This document shows positions 29,354-38,905 of a DNA stretch of 64,000 nt, piece after piece; position 1 is the stretch's first letter; each line of letters begins with the position of its first letter. This DNA is from Ostreococcus lucimarinus. Lineage: Eukaryota. The notes beneath the pieces are model-generated. The model was not told where the DNA came from. It saw only the letters and a list, made by a program, of their open reading frames with translations, and made no database searches. The position numbers and the translations under genes are program-made. Location: NCBI GenBank assembly GCA_000092065.1, contig CP000582.1. The stretch is one strand, 5' to 3'.

Positions 29354-29678
29354 GTGCGTGAAAGATACGCTCGAAAATGTCGACGCGATGACGCCGCGCG
29401 ACGGCCGCGCGAGGACGCTCGCGAGCGCGCGACGCGCGAGAGGGGCGATGAAGTGATCGGTCGTCGATGGACGCGCGCGAGACGGGCGTCGGAAGCGCGC
29501 GCGGGACGGGGGGGGAGGGGAGACGCGCGCGAAGACGCGATCATATCGGGACGACGCGGCGAAGACGCGAAGACGCGAGGACGCGGGCGACGCGCGCGGA
29601 CGCGACGAGAGGGTGGATGCGGAGAAGAGCGAGCGCGAGGGGAGACTGACGGTGAAGCGGTTCGACGACGCGCGATAG
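29354..29678 (+). other. Spliceosomal intron (GT-AG, ~325 nt) of the LHC gene
   Basis: Donor GTGCGTGAAAG and acceptor cgcgatAG at 29677-29678. An alternative acceptor at 29656-29657 is in the same phase. Joining gives YLDGSMPCDYGFDPLKLG, matching the LHC consensus YLDGSLPGDYGFDPLGL. Confidence 0.6.
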
Positions 29679-30318
29679 CGACTACGGGTTCGACCCGCTC
29701 AAGCTCGGCGAAAAGCCGGAGAACCTCGCGCGCTACCGCGAGGCGGAGCTCATGCACGCGCGATGGGCCATGCTCGGCGTCGCCGGTGTGATCGCGGTTG
29801 AAGTGGCCGGTCAAGGTGACTGGGTCAGCGCGCAACCGACGACGTGGGATGGTACGGCGAAGTACCTCGGTAACGAGACGCACGCGCCGTTGTTCGCCGT
29901 CATCGGCGTCAACACGCTCCTCATGGCGTTCGCCGAATCCCGACGCGGTGCCGCCTCGGCGGAAGAGCGCTTGTACCCGGGCGGCAAGTTCGACCCCATG
30001 GGCATGTCCAAGGGCAAGGACTTTGAAACCTTGAAGCGCAAGGAACTCGCCAACGGTCGCGTCGCCATGATGGCCTTCTTCGGCGTCATGGCCCAACACC
30101 AAGCGGCCGGTCCGGGCGGTCCGGGCCCCGTCGCGGCGCTCTTGGCGCACATCGCGGACCCGTGGCACGTGAACGTCGGCACCAACGCGGCTGCCATCCC
30201 GTGGTTGTCCACCGCCGGCGCCCCGCTCGGCTTCTGGTGCGTCTTCGAGCCGTCTCGCCGCGACGCGCTCGACCGACTCGACGTCCGCGACGCCGCTTTC
30301 CCGCCGCTCAAACTTTGA
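29679..30318 (+). CDS. Light-harvesting complex (LHC) protein, exon 2
   Basis: DYGFDPLKLG...YREAELMHARWAMLGVAGVIAVE...KELANGRVAMMAFFG...ADPWHVN are the helix 1 and helix 3 chlorophyll-binding signatures. Unusual ~35-aa C-terminal extension. Confidence 0.7.
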
Positions 30319-30512
30319 CTGACCCTCATTTTTCTTCCCACTCCTCGCAGAGCGACGATTTTGCGTTCTCCCTAGTCGCGTTTTAATCGGAACGTTCCAA
30401 CAAAATAAAATATCCGCGTCGCCGCGCTCGCCCGCCCGCGCGCGGCGACGTTCGCCGCACTCGACCGCGCGCCGAGCCTCGCCGCGCGTCGCCGCGCGAC
30501 GCGCGCCCGTCG

Positions 30513-32882
30513 ATGTCCCTCGCGCGTCGCGCCGCGCCCTCGCGCGCGGTACCGTCGACGTCGACCGCGCACCGTTCGAAACCACCGCGCGCGTCGAGCC
30601 GATGCCGCGCGCGCGCCGACGCGGACCACGCGCCGCGAGGCACGATCGCCGACGCCGCGCGCATGGTCTTGCACACGAAGCGCGGCCGCGCGATCGCGAT
30701 CGCGGTGTCGAAGACGCCGCGGGAGACGTTCGCGGTGACGGCGACGCTCGAGCGGGACGGGACGCGGGCGACGACGCCGACGCGGGAAAGCTTGGCGGCG
30801 CTGAAGATGCACTTTGGACTGACGAGAGAGTCCGTGCGGGAGTGGATGTGCTTGGAAGATTTGCCGGAGGGCGCGGTGTACGATGAGAAGACGGAGGCGA
30901 CGAGGATTGGGTTCGACGCGGAGACGCGGTCGGCGACGGTGGAGGTGCCCGAGTACGCGGCGCCGGCGAGTCTAGATTTCGTGCTTTACGACGAACGCAC
31001 GCGCACGTACGACGAACCGAGCGGTGGGTGGGGTGGATCGGCGTTTTCGGTGCCGATCGGGATCGGGTGTGGACACGCACGCGAGCTCGGGGCGTCGGTG
31101 CTGACGCGAGACGAAGCCGCGGGATCGGGCGAGTTCAACGTCGCCGTGCTTTCGCGTCACGCCACCGCGTGCACGCTCGTGCTTCAGTACGGGGAGAACA
31201 CGCTAGAGCTGGCGTTGAATTCGATCTCACATCGCACCGGGAACGTGTGGCACGTGAGTGTGCCTTTCGGTGGACCGAGCGACGTTTTACACGCGCCGAC
31301 TCGGGAGGACGACGTGACGTACGGCTTTCGGTTTGAGGGCGACCCCGAAGGGCGCGCGGGGTCGCGTTTTTTTCCGGCGCAAGTCCTTTTTGATCCACGC
31401 GCGCTCGAAGTTGTGCGTCCTCTGAACGAGATGGACGAGCCAACGCCGACGCCGCGCTACATGGGATCGCTCGCCGCCGTTTTAGAGCGACGCGCCGTGG
31501 GCGACGCGAACCTCGCGCCCGCGGCCTCGGATGCGCAAGCGATCGCGTTGAACGTCGACTTGGCGTCATTAACCGCGGAAGGGACGCTTCAAGCGGCGGC
31601 AGCTGAGCTTCAGCGCTTGCGATCGACCATGCACTTCACCGCCGTCGCGCTCGCGCCGATTCAGACGCGCTCGGCGGATGGAGACGCAAACGCGCCGGTG
31701 AGCTTTTTCGCCATCGATCCGAAGTTTGGCACGCGCGCCGATCTTCGTGCTTTTGTGGCGACGATGAAGTCTATCGGCGTGGATGTGTGGATGCGATTCG
31801 TGCTGACGCAGACGGGTGAGGGCACGGATGCGTCGCCGCGTAGCGAAAGTCTTCGTGGCATCGACGCCGCGACGTACTTCCAGCTCGGTTCTAGCGGTGG
31901 CTTAGACTCTGCTGGTGTGCCCATGACGACGGCACTGAACCCTTGCTCGGCACCGACGATCTCTCTACTAGTCGACGCGCTTCGAACGTTCACATTATAC
32001 GACGGTGTGTCGAGTTTCATAATAGAAACTGGCGGCGGCATCGTGCGAGGACCGCTCGGCCGCTCGCCACTTTTGGAAACGCTCGCGTACGACGCCGTGA
32101 TCGGGAACGCCCCAAAAAAGCTGTATCTCACGCCGAGCGCAGATGAATGTGGAGCGATGCCTTCGTGGGGTGTCATCGGCGAGATCAATGCAAAATACTC
32201 TCAAGGCGTCGAAAACTTTTTCCGCGGCGCGCCAGGTATGTTGAACGAAATGGCGCTCCGTCTCGGTGGCTCACCGGACATTTTCCGGAGTAATCGTGAC
32301 GCGCGATACGGATTGAACAATTTTTTAAGGCCCGCGCCGAGCTGTTCGATTCCGCCGACGTGTGCGATTCCAAAAACCACCACCGCGGATCCGACGGAGA
32401 CGAGCGATCCGATCGCTCGAGCCGAGCTCGCCGCACTGTTCACCTCCACCGGCGGCATCCTCATCAACGTCCACGCCCTCAACCCTACGCTTCAGCCGCT
32501 TGCGTCACAGCTCTCGCAATTCCGCGCGAGCCGAATCGACCTCTTCACCGACGAATTCGCCTTTGACGGCGTACGATGGATCGACCCGTTCACCGGCGCC
32601 GCGCCGTCTTTCGACGACGTTTCCGCCGCGCCGTGCTTAACCTGTCTCCGTCGCGATCTCACCGGCCGCAATCGCGACGTTTGGATCGCTTACAACGGTT
32701 CCATCGCCGCCTTCTCCACCAACCTCCCGTCTCCATCGCCGGGCTTCCGATGGATTCGCCGTTTCGACACCTCCCTCGCCGCGAGCGACGCCGCCGAGCC
32801 GACGCCGCTCGTCGCGCAGTCGTACTCCGTCGCTCCCGCGTCGGTATCCGTGTGCGAGCTCGTCGAGCTCGCCAAGGCTTAG
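30513..32882 (+). CDS. Isoamylase-type (GH13) debranching-enzyme-like protein, probably non-catalytic (ISA2-like)
   Basis: CBM48-like N-domain (NVAVLSRHATACTLVLQ...VTYGFRFEGD...FFPAQVLFDPRA) then a GH13 barrel. Region I reads GVDVWMRFVLTQTGEG where active enzymes have G.EV..DVV.NHT.EG, so Asp and Asn-His are replaced. Confidence 0.5.
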   Translation: MSLARRAAPSRAVPSTSTAHRSKPPRASSRCRARADADHAPRGTIADAARMVLHTKRGRAIAIAVSKTPRETFAVTATLERDGTRATTPTRESLAALKMHFGLTRESVREWMCLEDLPEGAVYDEKTEATRIGFDAETRSATVEVPEYAAPASLDFVLYDERTRTYDEPSGGWGGSAFSVPIGIGCGHARELGASVLTRDEAAGSGEFNVAVLSRHATACTLVLQYGENTLELALNSISHRTGNVWHVSVPFGGPSDVLHAPTREDDVTYGFRFEGDPEGRAGSRFFPAQVLFDPRALEVVRPLNEMDEPTPTPRYMGSLAAVLERRAVGDANLAPAASDAQAIALNVDLASLTAEGTLQAAAAELQRLRSTMHFTAVALAPIQTRSADGDANAPVSFFAIDPKFGTRADLRAFVATMKSIGVDVWMRFVLTQTGEGTDASPRSESLRGIDAATYFQLGSSGGLDSAGVPMTTALNPCSAPTISLLVDALRTFTLYDGVSSFIIETGGGIVRGPLGRSPLLETLAYDAVIGNAPKKLYLTPSADECGAMPSWGVIGEINAKYSQGVENFFRGAPGMLNEMALRLGGSPDIFRSNRDARYGLNNFLRPAPSCSIPPTCAIPKTTTADPTETSDPIARAELAALFTSTGGILINVHALNPTLQPLASQLSQFRASRIDLFTDEFAFDGVRWIDPFTGAAPSFDDVSAAPCLTCLRRDLTGRNRDVWIAYNGSIAAFSTNLPSPSPGFRWIRRFDTSLAASDAAEPTPLVAQSYSVAPASVSVCELVELAKA

Positions 32883-33195
32883 CCGCGCGCCGCGCGCGCG
32901 CGCGTCACCGCCTCTTCGCGCGAGGTTTTGTTTTAGTAACGCCCGCTCGCGCCCCAGCCATCAAAAAAATCTCAGCGAAAGAAAGATCTCTTCGAGTGAC
33001 GACGACGCATCAAAAGACGACGCGCCGCGCGCGCCGTCGACGCCCGCGGTCGAGCGCGCGAGAGAAAAACAAACCCGCCTCGTCGCGGTGCGAACCGCGC
33101 GCGCGCGCCCGCTCGCGCGCGCGCTCGACGTCGTCGAGGACATCGCGCCGCCGCCATCGACGCCGTCGACGCGAACGCTCGAACGCGCGCGCGCG

Positions 33196-36100
33196 ATGTC
33201 CATCACGCTCGAAAACAAGGGCTCGCTCCGCGCGTTCCCGTCCGTGGCGAGCATGTCCAACATGTCGGAGATGTCCGCGGCGAGTGTGGAGACGCAGGAC
33301 GAGCGGTCGGCGGATGAGGTGCGCGAGGCGAAGGAGGCGACGCTCGCGAGCGACCGCGGCGAGTTCATCGAGGGCGTCGAACAAGGGAAATTCGTCGGGA
33401 CGAAGATCGCGAGCGCACTGGGGGACGTGGCGGGGGAGGTGCGGGAGGCGGCGCTGTCGGTGGGACGAGCGGCGCTGTCGGATTTGACGGATAAGGCGCG
33501 GGGAGCGGCGTGCGCGGAGGCGCTTTTGGGGTATTTGACCGGACAAGGGGCGTGCGAACCGATGAGTCACGGCGAGGATAACACGCACGGAGCGGCGATT
33601 GCGTTGTACGCACACGCGGCGCAGCTGTTTTACGACGATGCGGGGAAGGTTGAGGCGATTAAGAGAATCGTGGAGGCGCTGCGAAGCGTGCGGGACGCGG
33701 GCGCGTTCATCGGCGCCCGAGCGATCGGTAACTTGGCTGCGGACGTCCGTGAAGCCGCGATCGCGATGCTCGGCGAATTGAAGTCCAAGGCGTTGACCGG
33801 GGTAGACATCGCCGAGCGAAGGCAAGGCGCGGCGGCCATGGCTGGGATTTGCAAGGGGGTCGGCGTCGCCGCGCTCGCGGACTTACACGTCGTGGATGAG
33901 ATTAAAAAGGCTATCGAGGATAAAAAGGATCCCGTCGCTCGCGCAGGGGCGTTGTTGACGTACGCGCACATGTGTCGAACCGCTGGTCGTGGATTTGAGC
34001 CGTACGCCATCGGTGAAGCTCCCATCGTTTTCACGTTGCTCGGTGATAGAAATGCCGATGTTCGCGAGGCGGCGAATTTGGCGCAGGCTGCCGTCGTCAA
34101 GGCGTTGCCTTTGACGGCGATGAAGCTTTTATCTCCGGCATTAAATGCTGGCATGCAGCACAAGGACTGGCAGAGTAAGCTCGGCTCGTTACACATCATG
34201 GGCGACCTCGCGAACAGAGTGCCGCAATCGTTCATGCGAGCCATTCCGGATCTGTTCCCGTCGTTTTTGGACACTCTATTCGATACGCACCCGAAAGTTT
34301 CTGCGCTTTGTGAAGAAATTCTTCCCAGTATTTGCTGTTGCGTAAAAAATGCGGAGGTTTTGGGCATGATGGACCTCGTATTGAGTGCGATTCGCACACC
34401 GCAAAAAGCCACCGAGGACTGCTTGGACAAGCTTATGGAGACGACATTCGTGAACTCCATGGACGCCCCGTCCTTGGCTGTGATTTTGCCCGTCATCTTG
34501 CGCGGCCTGCGTGAGCGAACGAAAGAGCTCAAGCAAAAGGCTGCAACGACTTTCGGAAACATTTGCGCTTTGGTCGACGACCCTCGCGATCTGCTCCCGT
34601 TTATTCCGGTGTTGTTGCCCGAGTTGGAAAAGGCTGAAGAGCACTCGCATCCAGACTTGCGCGAAGCCGCGACGCGCGCAAAAACGAGTTTGATGAAAGG
34701 TATCGACGCGAGCCAGTCCGAGGAGCGCAAGGTTGCGTCGAATATCGTGAAGGAGGCCATCAATGGCGCCGGCGTCAACGTTGACGTCGAGACGCAGTCG
34801 TATGCGGCCGCGCTCGGCGGTTGGGTCATGGATTCCGCCCCGTTGCGCATTCCTCCCTCCATCTTATCGAATGACATCAAGCGTGAGCTCACTCCGGTGC
34901 TCGAAAGCGCGTTCGAAGGGAACATTCAAGCCATTGAAAAGATTGCCAATGTATCCGTGATGGCATACAAGGGCCTCGACGAATCAGCCCTGCTCGACGA
35001 AAGCACGAAGGATTACATCGTCGATCTTCAAGGCATTATTTTAGCCTTTGCCGGTCGCGTGTTACTTCAACGCACGAATTTCACGCTCGAACGTGGTCGC
35101 ACGTACGGCATCGTAGGTCAAAATGGTACCGGTAAGACGACACTTTTGAATCGCGTCGCGGCGAAGGATATCGCTGGTTTCCCGGAGGACGTCTCTGTAT
35201 ACTACATTCAGCACGAAATTATGAGTGATAAGGAAGAAACGATCGTCGACTTCATGGTTCAAATGGTACCTGAAGGTGTCACACGAGACACCGTCGTCAA
35301 CACTCTCAAAGAGGTTGGTTTCGACGACGAAAAGATGGCTGCCACTATTCAATCCCTCTCTGGCGGGTGGCGTATGAAACTCGCCATCGCGCGCGCCATG
35401 TTGTGGGACGCCGATGTTCTCTTGTTGGATGAGCCAACAAACCACTTGGACACGAGTGCTATCGCGTGGTTGACCAACTATTTGAAGTCCTTAACGAACA
35501 CCACCATCTGCCTCGTGTCGCACGACTACGACTTCCTGGCCGAGGTGCTGACGGACGTCATTCACTTGAGTGAAAAGACGCTCACATACTATCCCATGAG
35601 CTTCCGCGATTTCCAGTCGTTGAAACCTGAAATCGTCGCCGCGTTGCCGAGCAACGACAATGCGATCGCTAAGCAGTCAAACATCGAAGGTGGCTCTGCC
35701 GACGGAGCGAAAGAGGCGAAAAAAGAGAGCGGCTTTGCCATCGACCAAATCGGCGACGACCAGCCGTCGCACATCAAACCGATTCGATTCCCCGAACCGG
35801 GTGATTTGGAGGGCGTCAAGTCTCGCGCAAAATGTGTCATGTACATGAAAGAGGTATCGTTCGGCTATCCAGGAACTTCAAAGAAGATTCTCAACGGTGC
35901 TACCGTGAAAATTACGCAAAACTCTCGAGCGGCGCTCGTGGGCCTCAACGGCGCCGGTAAGACGACGCTTTTGAAGTTACTCATCGGCGCACTTCAAATC
36001 GATGAAGGTGTCGGGGAAGTCTGGCGCCACCACAACTTGCGACTGTCCTACATCGCGCAACACTCCATGCAGCACTTGGAAGAGTCTTTGGAGAACACGC

Positions 36101-36918
36101 CGTTGGAGTACTTGCAAAACCGCTTCTACAATGGTCGCGATAAAGAAATCGCCAAGCGCGCCTCGCACAACTTGAGCAAGGACGAGCTCGCAACATCGCA
36201 AGAGCGTGGTAACATCATGGATGTCATTGGTCGCGTGATGCGAGGTAAACATCTGTTTTACGAAGTGCGCCGCGCCGGACGCGAAGAAAACGACACCGAT
36301 TGGGAAATGATGAGTTCGTTAGAGCGCAAGGATCCGTACGTGATGAAGATGGTGCGTAACTTTGACGAAAAGCTCAAGGCGATGCAATCGGGTATGGATT
36401 TACGACCGCTCACCAAAGAAGAAGTGCGCATTCACTTGGAAAACTTTGGTATTGATCAAGATTTGGCCATGGGGAAAATCAAGCGCATGTCCGGCGGGCA
36501 AAAGAGTCGACTCGTCCTCGCCGCGGCCATGTGGACGAATCCACACATCATCGCTCTTGATGAGCCGACAAACTACTTAGATAACGATACCTTAGCTGCG
36601 TTGACCAAGGCGCTCATTGATTTCAAGGGTGGGGTGATTACGATTTCCCACAACGAGCCGTTCGTGAACGCCGTGTGTGACGAATTGTGGCGAGTCGGCG
36701 ACGGAGTCGTCGTGACGGAGCCTGTAGCGGGTAAGGCGCCGAAGAAACTTTCTGTGGCTGAACGACGGGCTCTCAAAGCCGGCATCGACGCCGAGGAGGC
36801 GACGATGAAAGAAGCACAGAACAACAAAAAACTCACCGCCAAGGAAAAGAAGGAAGCGGCGGCGGCGAAGAAGGCGGCTGCTGGTCCGGTCAAGGATCTG
36901 TACGGTCGCGGCAAATAA
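33196..36918 (+). CDS. Elongation factor 3 (eEF3)-like ABCF ATPase with N-terminal HEAT repeats
   Basis: HEAT-like N-terminus. ABC1 GIVGQNGTGKTTLL / LSGGWRMKLAIARAML / LLLDEPTNHLD. ABC2 ALVGLNGAGKTTLLKLL / MSGGQKSRLVLAAAMW / IALDEPTNYLD. Chromo-like insert and Lys-rich C-terminal tail. Start at the ATG at 33196. Confidence 0.8.
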   Translation: MSITLENKGSLRAFPSVASMSNMSEMSAASVETQDERSADEVREAKEATLASDRGEFIEGVEQGKFVGTKIASALGDVAGEVREAALSVGRAALSDLTDKARGAACAEALLGYLTGQGACEPMSHGEDNTHGAAIALYAHAAQLFYDDAGKVEAIKRIVEALRSVRDAGAFIGARAIGNLAADVREAAIAMLGELKSKALTGVDIAERRQGAAAMAGICKGVGVAALADLHVVDEIKKAIEDKKDPVARAGALLTYAHMCRTAGRGFEPYAIGEAPIVFTLLGDRNADVREAANLAQAAVVKALPLTAMKLLSPALNAGMQHKDWQSKLGSLHIMGDLANRVPQSFMRAIPDLFPSFLDTLFDTHPKVSALCEEILPSICCCVKNAEVLGMMDLVLSAIRTPQKATEDCLDKLMETTFVNSMDAPSLAVILPVILRGLRERTKELKQKAATTFGNICALVDDPRDLLPFIPVLLPELEKAEEHSHPDLREAATRAKTSLMKGIDASQSEERKVASNIVKEAINGAGVNVDVETQSYAAALGGWVMDSAPLRIPPSILSNDIKRELTPVLESAFEGNIQAIEKIANVSVMAYKGLDESALLDESTKDYIVDLQGIILAFAGRVLLQRTNFTLERGRTYGIVGQNGTGKTTLLNRVAAKDIAGFPEDVSVYYIQHEIMSDKEETIVDFMVQMVPEGVTRDTVVNTLKEVGFDDEKMAATIQSLSGGWRMKLAIARAMLWDADVLLLDEPTNHLDTSAIAWLTNYLKSLTNTTICLVSHDYDFLAEVLTDVIHLSEKTLTYYPMSFRDFQSLKPEIVAALPSNDNAIAKQSNIEGGSADGAKEAKKESGFAIDQIGDDQPSHIKPIRFPEPGDLEGVKSRAKCVMYMKEVSFGYPGTSKKILNGATVKITQNSRAALVGLNGAGKTTLLKLLIGALQIDEGVGEVWRHHNLRLSYIAQHSMQHLEESLENTPLEYLQNRFYNGRDKEIAKRASHNLSKDELATSQERGNIMDVIGRVMRGKHLFYEVRRAGREENDTDWEMMSSLERKDPYVMKMVRNFDEKLKAMQSGMDLRPLTKEEVRIHLENFGIDQDLAMGKIKRMSGGQKSRLVLAAAMWTNPHIIALDEPTNYLDNDTLAALTKALIDFKGGVITISHNEPFVNAVCDELWRVGDGVVVTEPVAGKAPKKLSVAERRALKAGIDAEEATMKEAQNNKKLTAKEKKEAAAAKKAAAGPVKDLYGRGK

Positions 36919-36965
36919 CATTCTTTCAGCTTTTAATTCGAATTGCACTCTCAACAAACTATTTT

Positions 36966-38849
36966 CTACACAGTCGTCGCTCCCTCGTTGGTGACGACCT
37001 CTTTTTCTACAAACTCAAGGATATCGTTCGACGTGATGTTGTCCTGAATTGATTTCCACGTCTTTTCGTAAGTGGTGATGAAATTCGGCGTATCTTTATC
37101 CGACCTCGTACGCAAGAAAACCCACGTTTTTTCATTCATATCCCACGTGCACTCGACGATTTTACCATCCAAGCTTTCGAGTGGATCCGTGCGTGTGACA
37201 AAATCGTCCTCGAGGCGGGCGAGCGCGCCGCCTTTTTGACCCACAAAGAGCAAACCTTTATCTCGCGATACGCGCAAGAGAAAGTCGACCGAGTTCAACC
37301 CTGGAAACTTCCACTTGAGCAGTGCTTCGTACGTTTGCGGGACGTACGGCACATTTGAGGGTTGGAAAATCAATCCATCGCTTTCGTGCGACAGGGCGGG
37401 AATGAACTTTTCGATGAATGAGCGCGCAAAATTCAGCGGGAAAAATTCCTTTGTGCGAACAGAAAACGGTTCTTTATGCGCGGCGTAAGCTCCACTCGGA
37501 CCCGCCTGCGCGAGAAACGCCTTTCTCGGTTCGACGACGAACTCACGCACAATGTTCAATCGCTCCAAGAACGGACGTTGCGTCACGCGTTCGCCGTTGA
37601 TGGCCATCAAATCGTACGCTAGATACCGGCGCGTCTGCTTCTTCGTCTGAGGATCGGTGTCGACGACCATCTCGCCATCCATCAACGTACAGTGGTGTAC
37701 GTTGGTTCCAAACTTTTTGTGCGGTAAAGGAAATCGCATTTGCACGCGGCGAATAGCGAATTTTCTATCGATCAAGTACGTGCCATCGCGCATAAGCATT
37801 AATAAATAACGCGTCCCGTCCGCCTTCCACGTCACGCTGTATGGTTCACGTTTCAAGAGCTCCATGTTGTTGCGACTCAGACTCACCGGCTGTGATCCAG
37901 GAAAGTTATCAACGCGTCCTGAGGCCCCATCGTCTGACATGACCGCCCACACGCAAAGCTTTCGAATCTCGTGCGCCATTTCCTCGTACACCTCCTCGCC
38001 GACGACGTCTTCGTGATGCATCGATCCCGCATCACTCTCGACCTCCGCAATCTCCATCGCGCGCTGCAACGCTCTGCGCGTCCCCGGTATCGGTGCTCGA
38101 CTGTGCGCTAACGTCTTCTTATACGTCAAATTCACCCTCGGATCGAACAGATCTCCCGCCGGTATCTTGTCGTCCGTCAACGGCGGCGCGTCGCTCAAAT
38201 CGTCGCTCTTCCACGCCGGCACTTTCGGATCCTTCGTCGTGCTAAACCTCCGTTCGAGATAATAATCAAACAAGCTCTCCAAGTACTCGCTCTTGTATAT
38301 CCCCGGCGGTCGCACTTTCGCGAACTCCGTCACCCACTTATTCAACTCGGGCCAGCCTCGCGCGCGCTGACAATAATGCGTCAACATCGCGCCCGTTCGA
38401 TTAAACCCGTGCGTACAGTGCACCAATATCGTCGGCGCATACCCTTGTCTCGCCTTTTCCTGCCATCCCGGATCGCTCGCCATCTCCGCCGCGCATCTTT
38501 GCACCGCGTACACGAATTCGCTCACCTCCCGCGGCGCCGGCGCGCCGTCCCGTCCCGCGCACCGAATCTTATACACCCTCACCCCGTACTTTTCGAAGTC
38601 GCTCGCGTCGTAATACCTCGACGTGTTCGTGAGATCGATCACCATCGCCACCGCGCGTCCTTTGCTCTGCGCCAGCGCCAGCGCGTCGTCGGGCGTGTAC
38701 CAATCCTCTCTCGGGACGTCGGCGTAGAATTGCTCCCTCAGCGGCGCCTTGGACGCGAGAAACATCCCCGCGAACGGTTCGGACATGCGCGGGCACGCCG
38801 TCCATCCCTCGGGCGTCGCCCACGCGCCGCGCGGGCCGTCGTCGGGCAT
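36966..38849 (-). CDS. Bifunctional mRNA capping enzyme (Cys-phosphatase-type RNA triphosphatase plus guanylyltransferase)
   Basis: TPEGWTACPRMSEPFAGMFL, MVIDLTNTSRYYD, the VHCTHGFNRTG P-loop, and GTase KADGTRYLLML, DGLIFQP, LLKWKF. Confidence 0.85.
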   Translation of the reverse strand: MPDDGPRGAWATPEGWTACPRMSEPFAGMFLASKAPLREQFYADVPREDWYTPDDALALAQSKGRAVAMVIDLTNTSRYYDASDFEKYGVRVYKIRCAGRDGAPAPREVSEFVYAVQRCAAEMASDPGWQEKARQGYAPTILVHCTHGFNRTGAMLTHYCQRARGWPELNKWVTEFAKVRPPGIYKSEYLESLFDYYLERRFSTTKDPKVPAWKSDDLSDAPPLTDDKIPAGDLFDPRVNLTYKKTLAHSRAPIPGTRRALQRAMEIAEVESDAGSMHHEDVVGEEVYEEMAHEIRKLCVWAVMSDDGASGRVDNFPGSQPVSLSRNNMELLKREPYSVTWKADGTRYLLMLMRDGTYLIDRKFAIRRVQMRFPLPHKKFGTNVHHCTLMDGEMVVDTDPQTKKQTRRYLAYDLMAINGERVTQRPFLERLNIVREFVVEPRKAFLAQAGPSGAYAAHKEPFSVRTKEFFPLNFARSFIEKFIPALSHESDGLIFQPSNVPYVPQTYEALLKWKFPGLNSVDFLLRVSRDKGLLFVGQKGGALARLEDDFVTRTDPLESLDGKIVECTWDMNEKTWVFLRTRSDKDTPNFITTYEKTWKSIQDNITSNDILEFVEKEVVTNEGATTV

Positions 38850-38905
38850 TCGTGAGGCGCGAAGTGACGCGCGGACCGTCGCCGCGCCAGTCCGCGACGC
38901 TCGCG

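Noticed and set aside
29456-29751. Treating the two LHC ORF fragments as separate small genes
   Set aside because: Fragment 1 ends with the LHC N-terminal motif right at a GTGCGTG donor. Fragment 2 begins, after an AG, with DYGFDPL in a compatible phase. A single spliced LHC gene explains both.
38852-38905. ORF-track start of the QTRT2-like gene at 38852, and similar 'M' starts at 22564, 48189 and 52594
   Set aside because: These positions are GTG or TTG codons, because the ORF caller allows alternative starts. In a nuclear gene the first ATG (38906, 48333, 52684) or an upstream exon (22137..22346) is the appropriate start.
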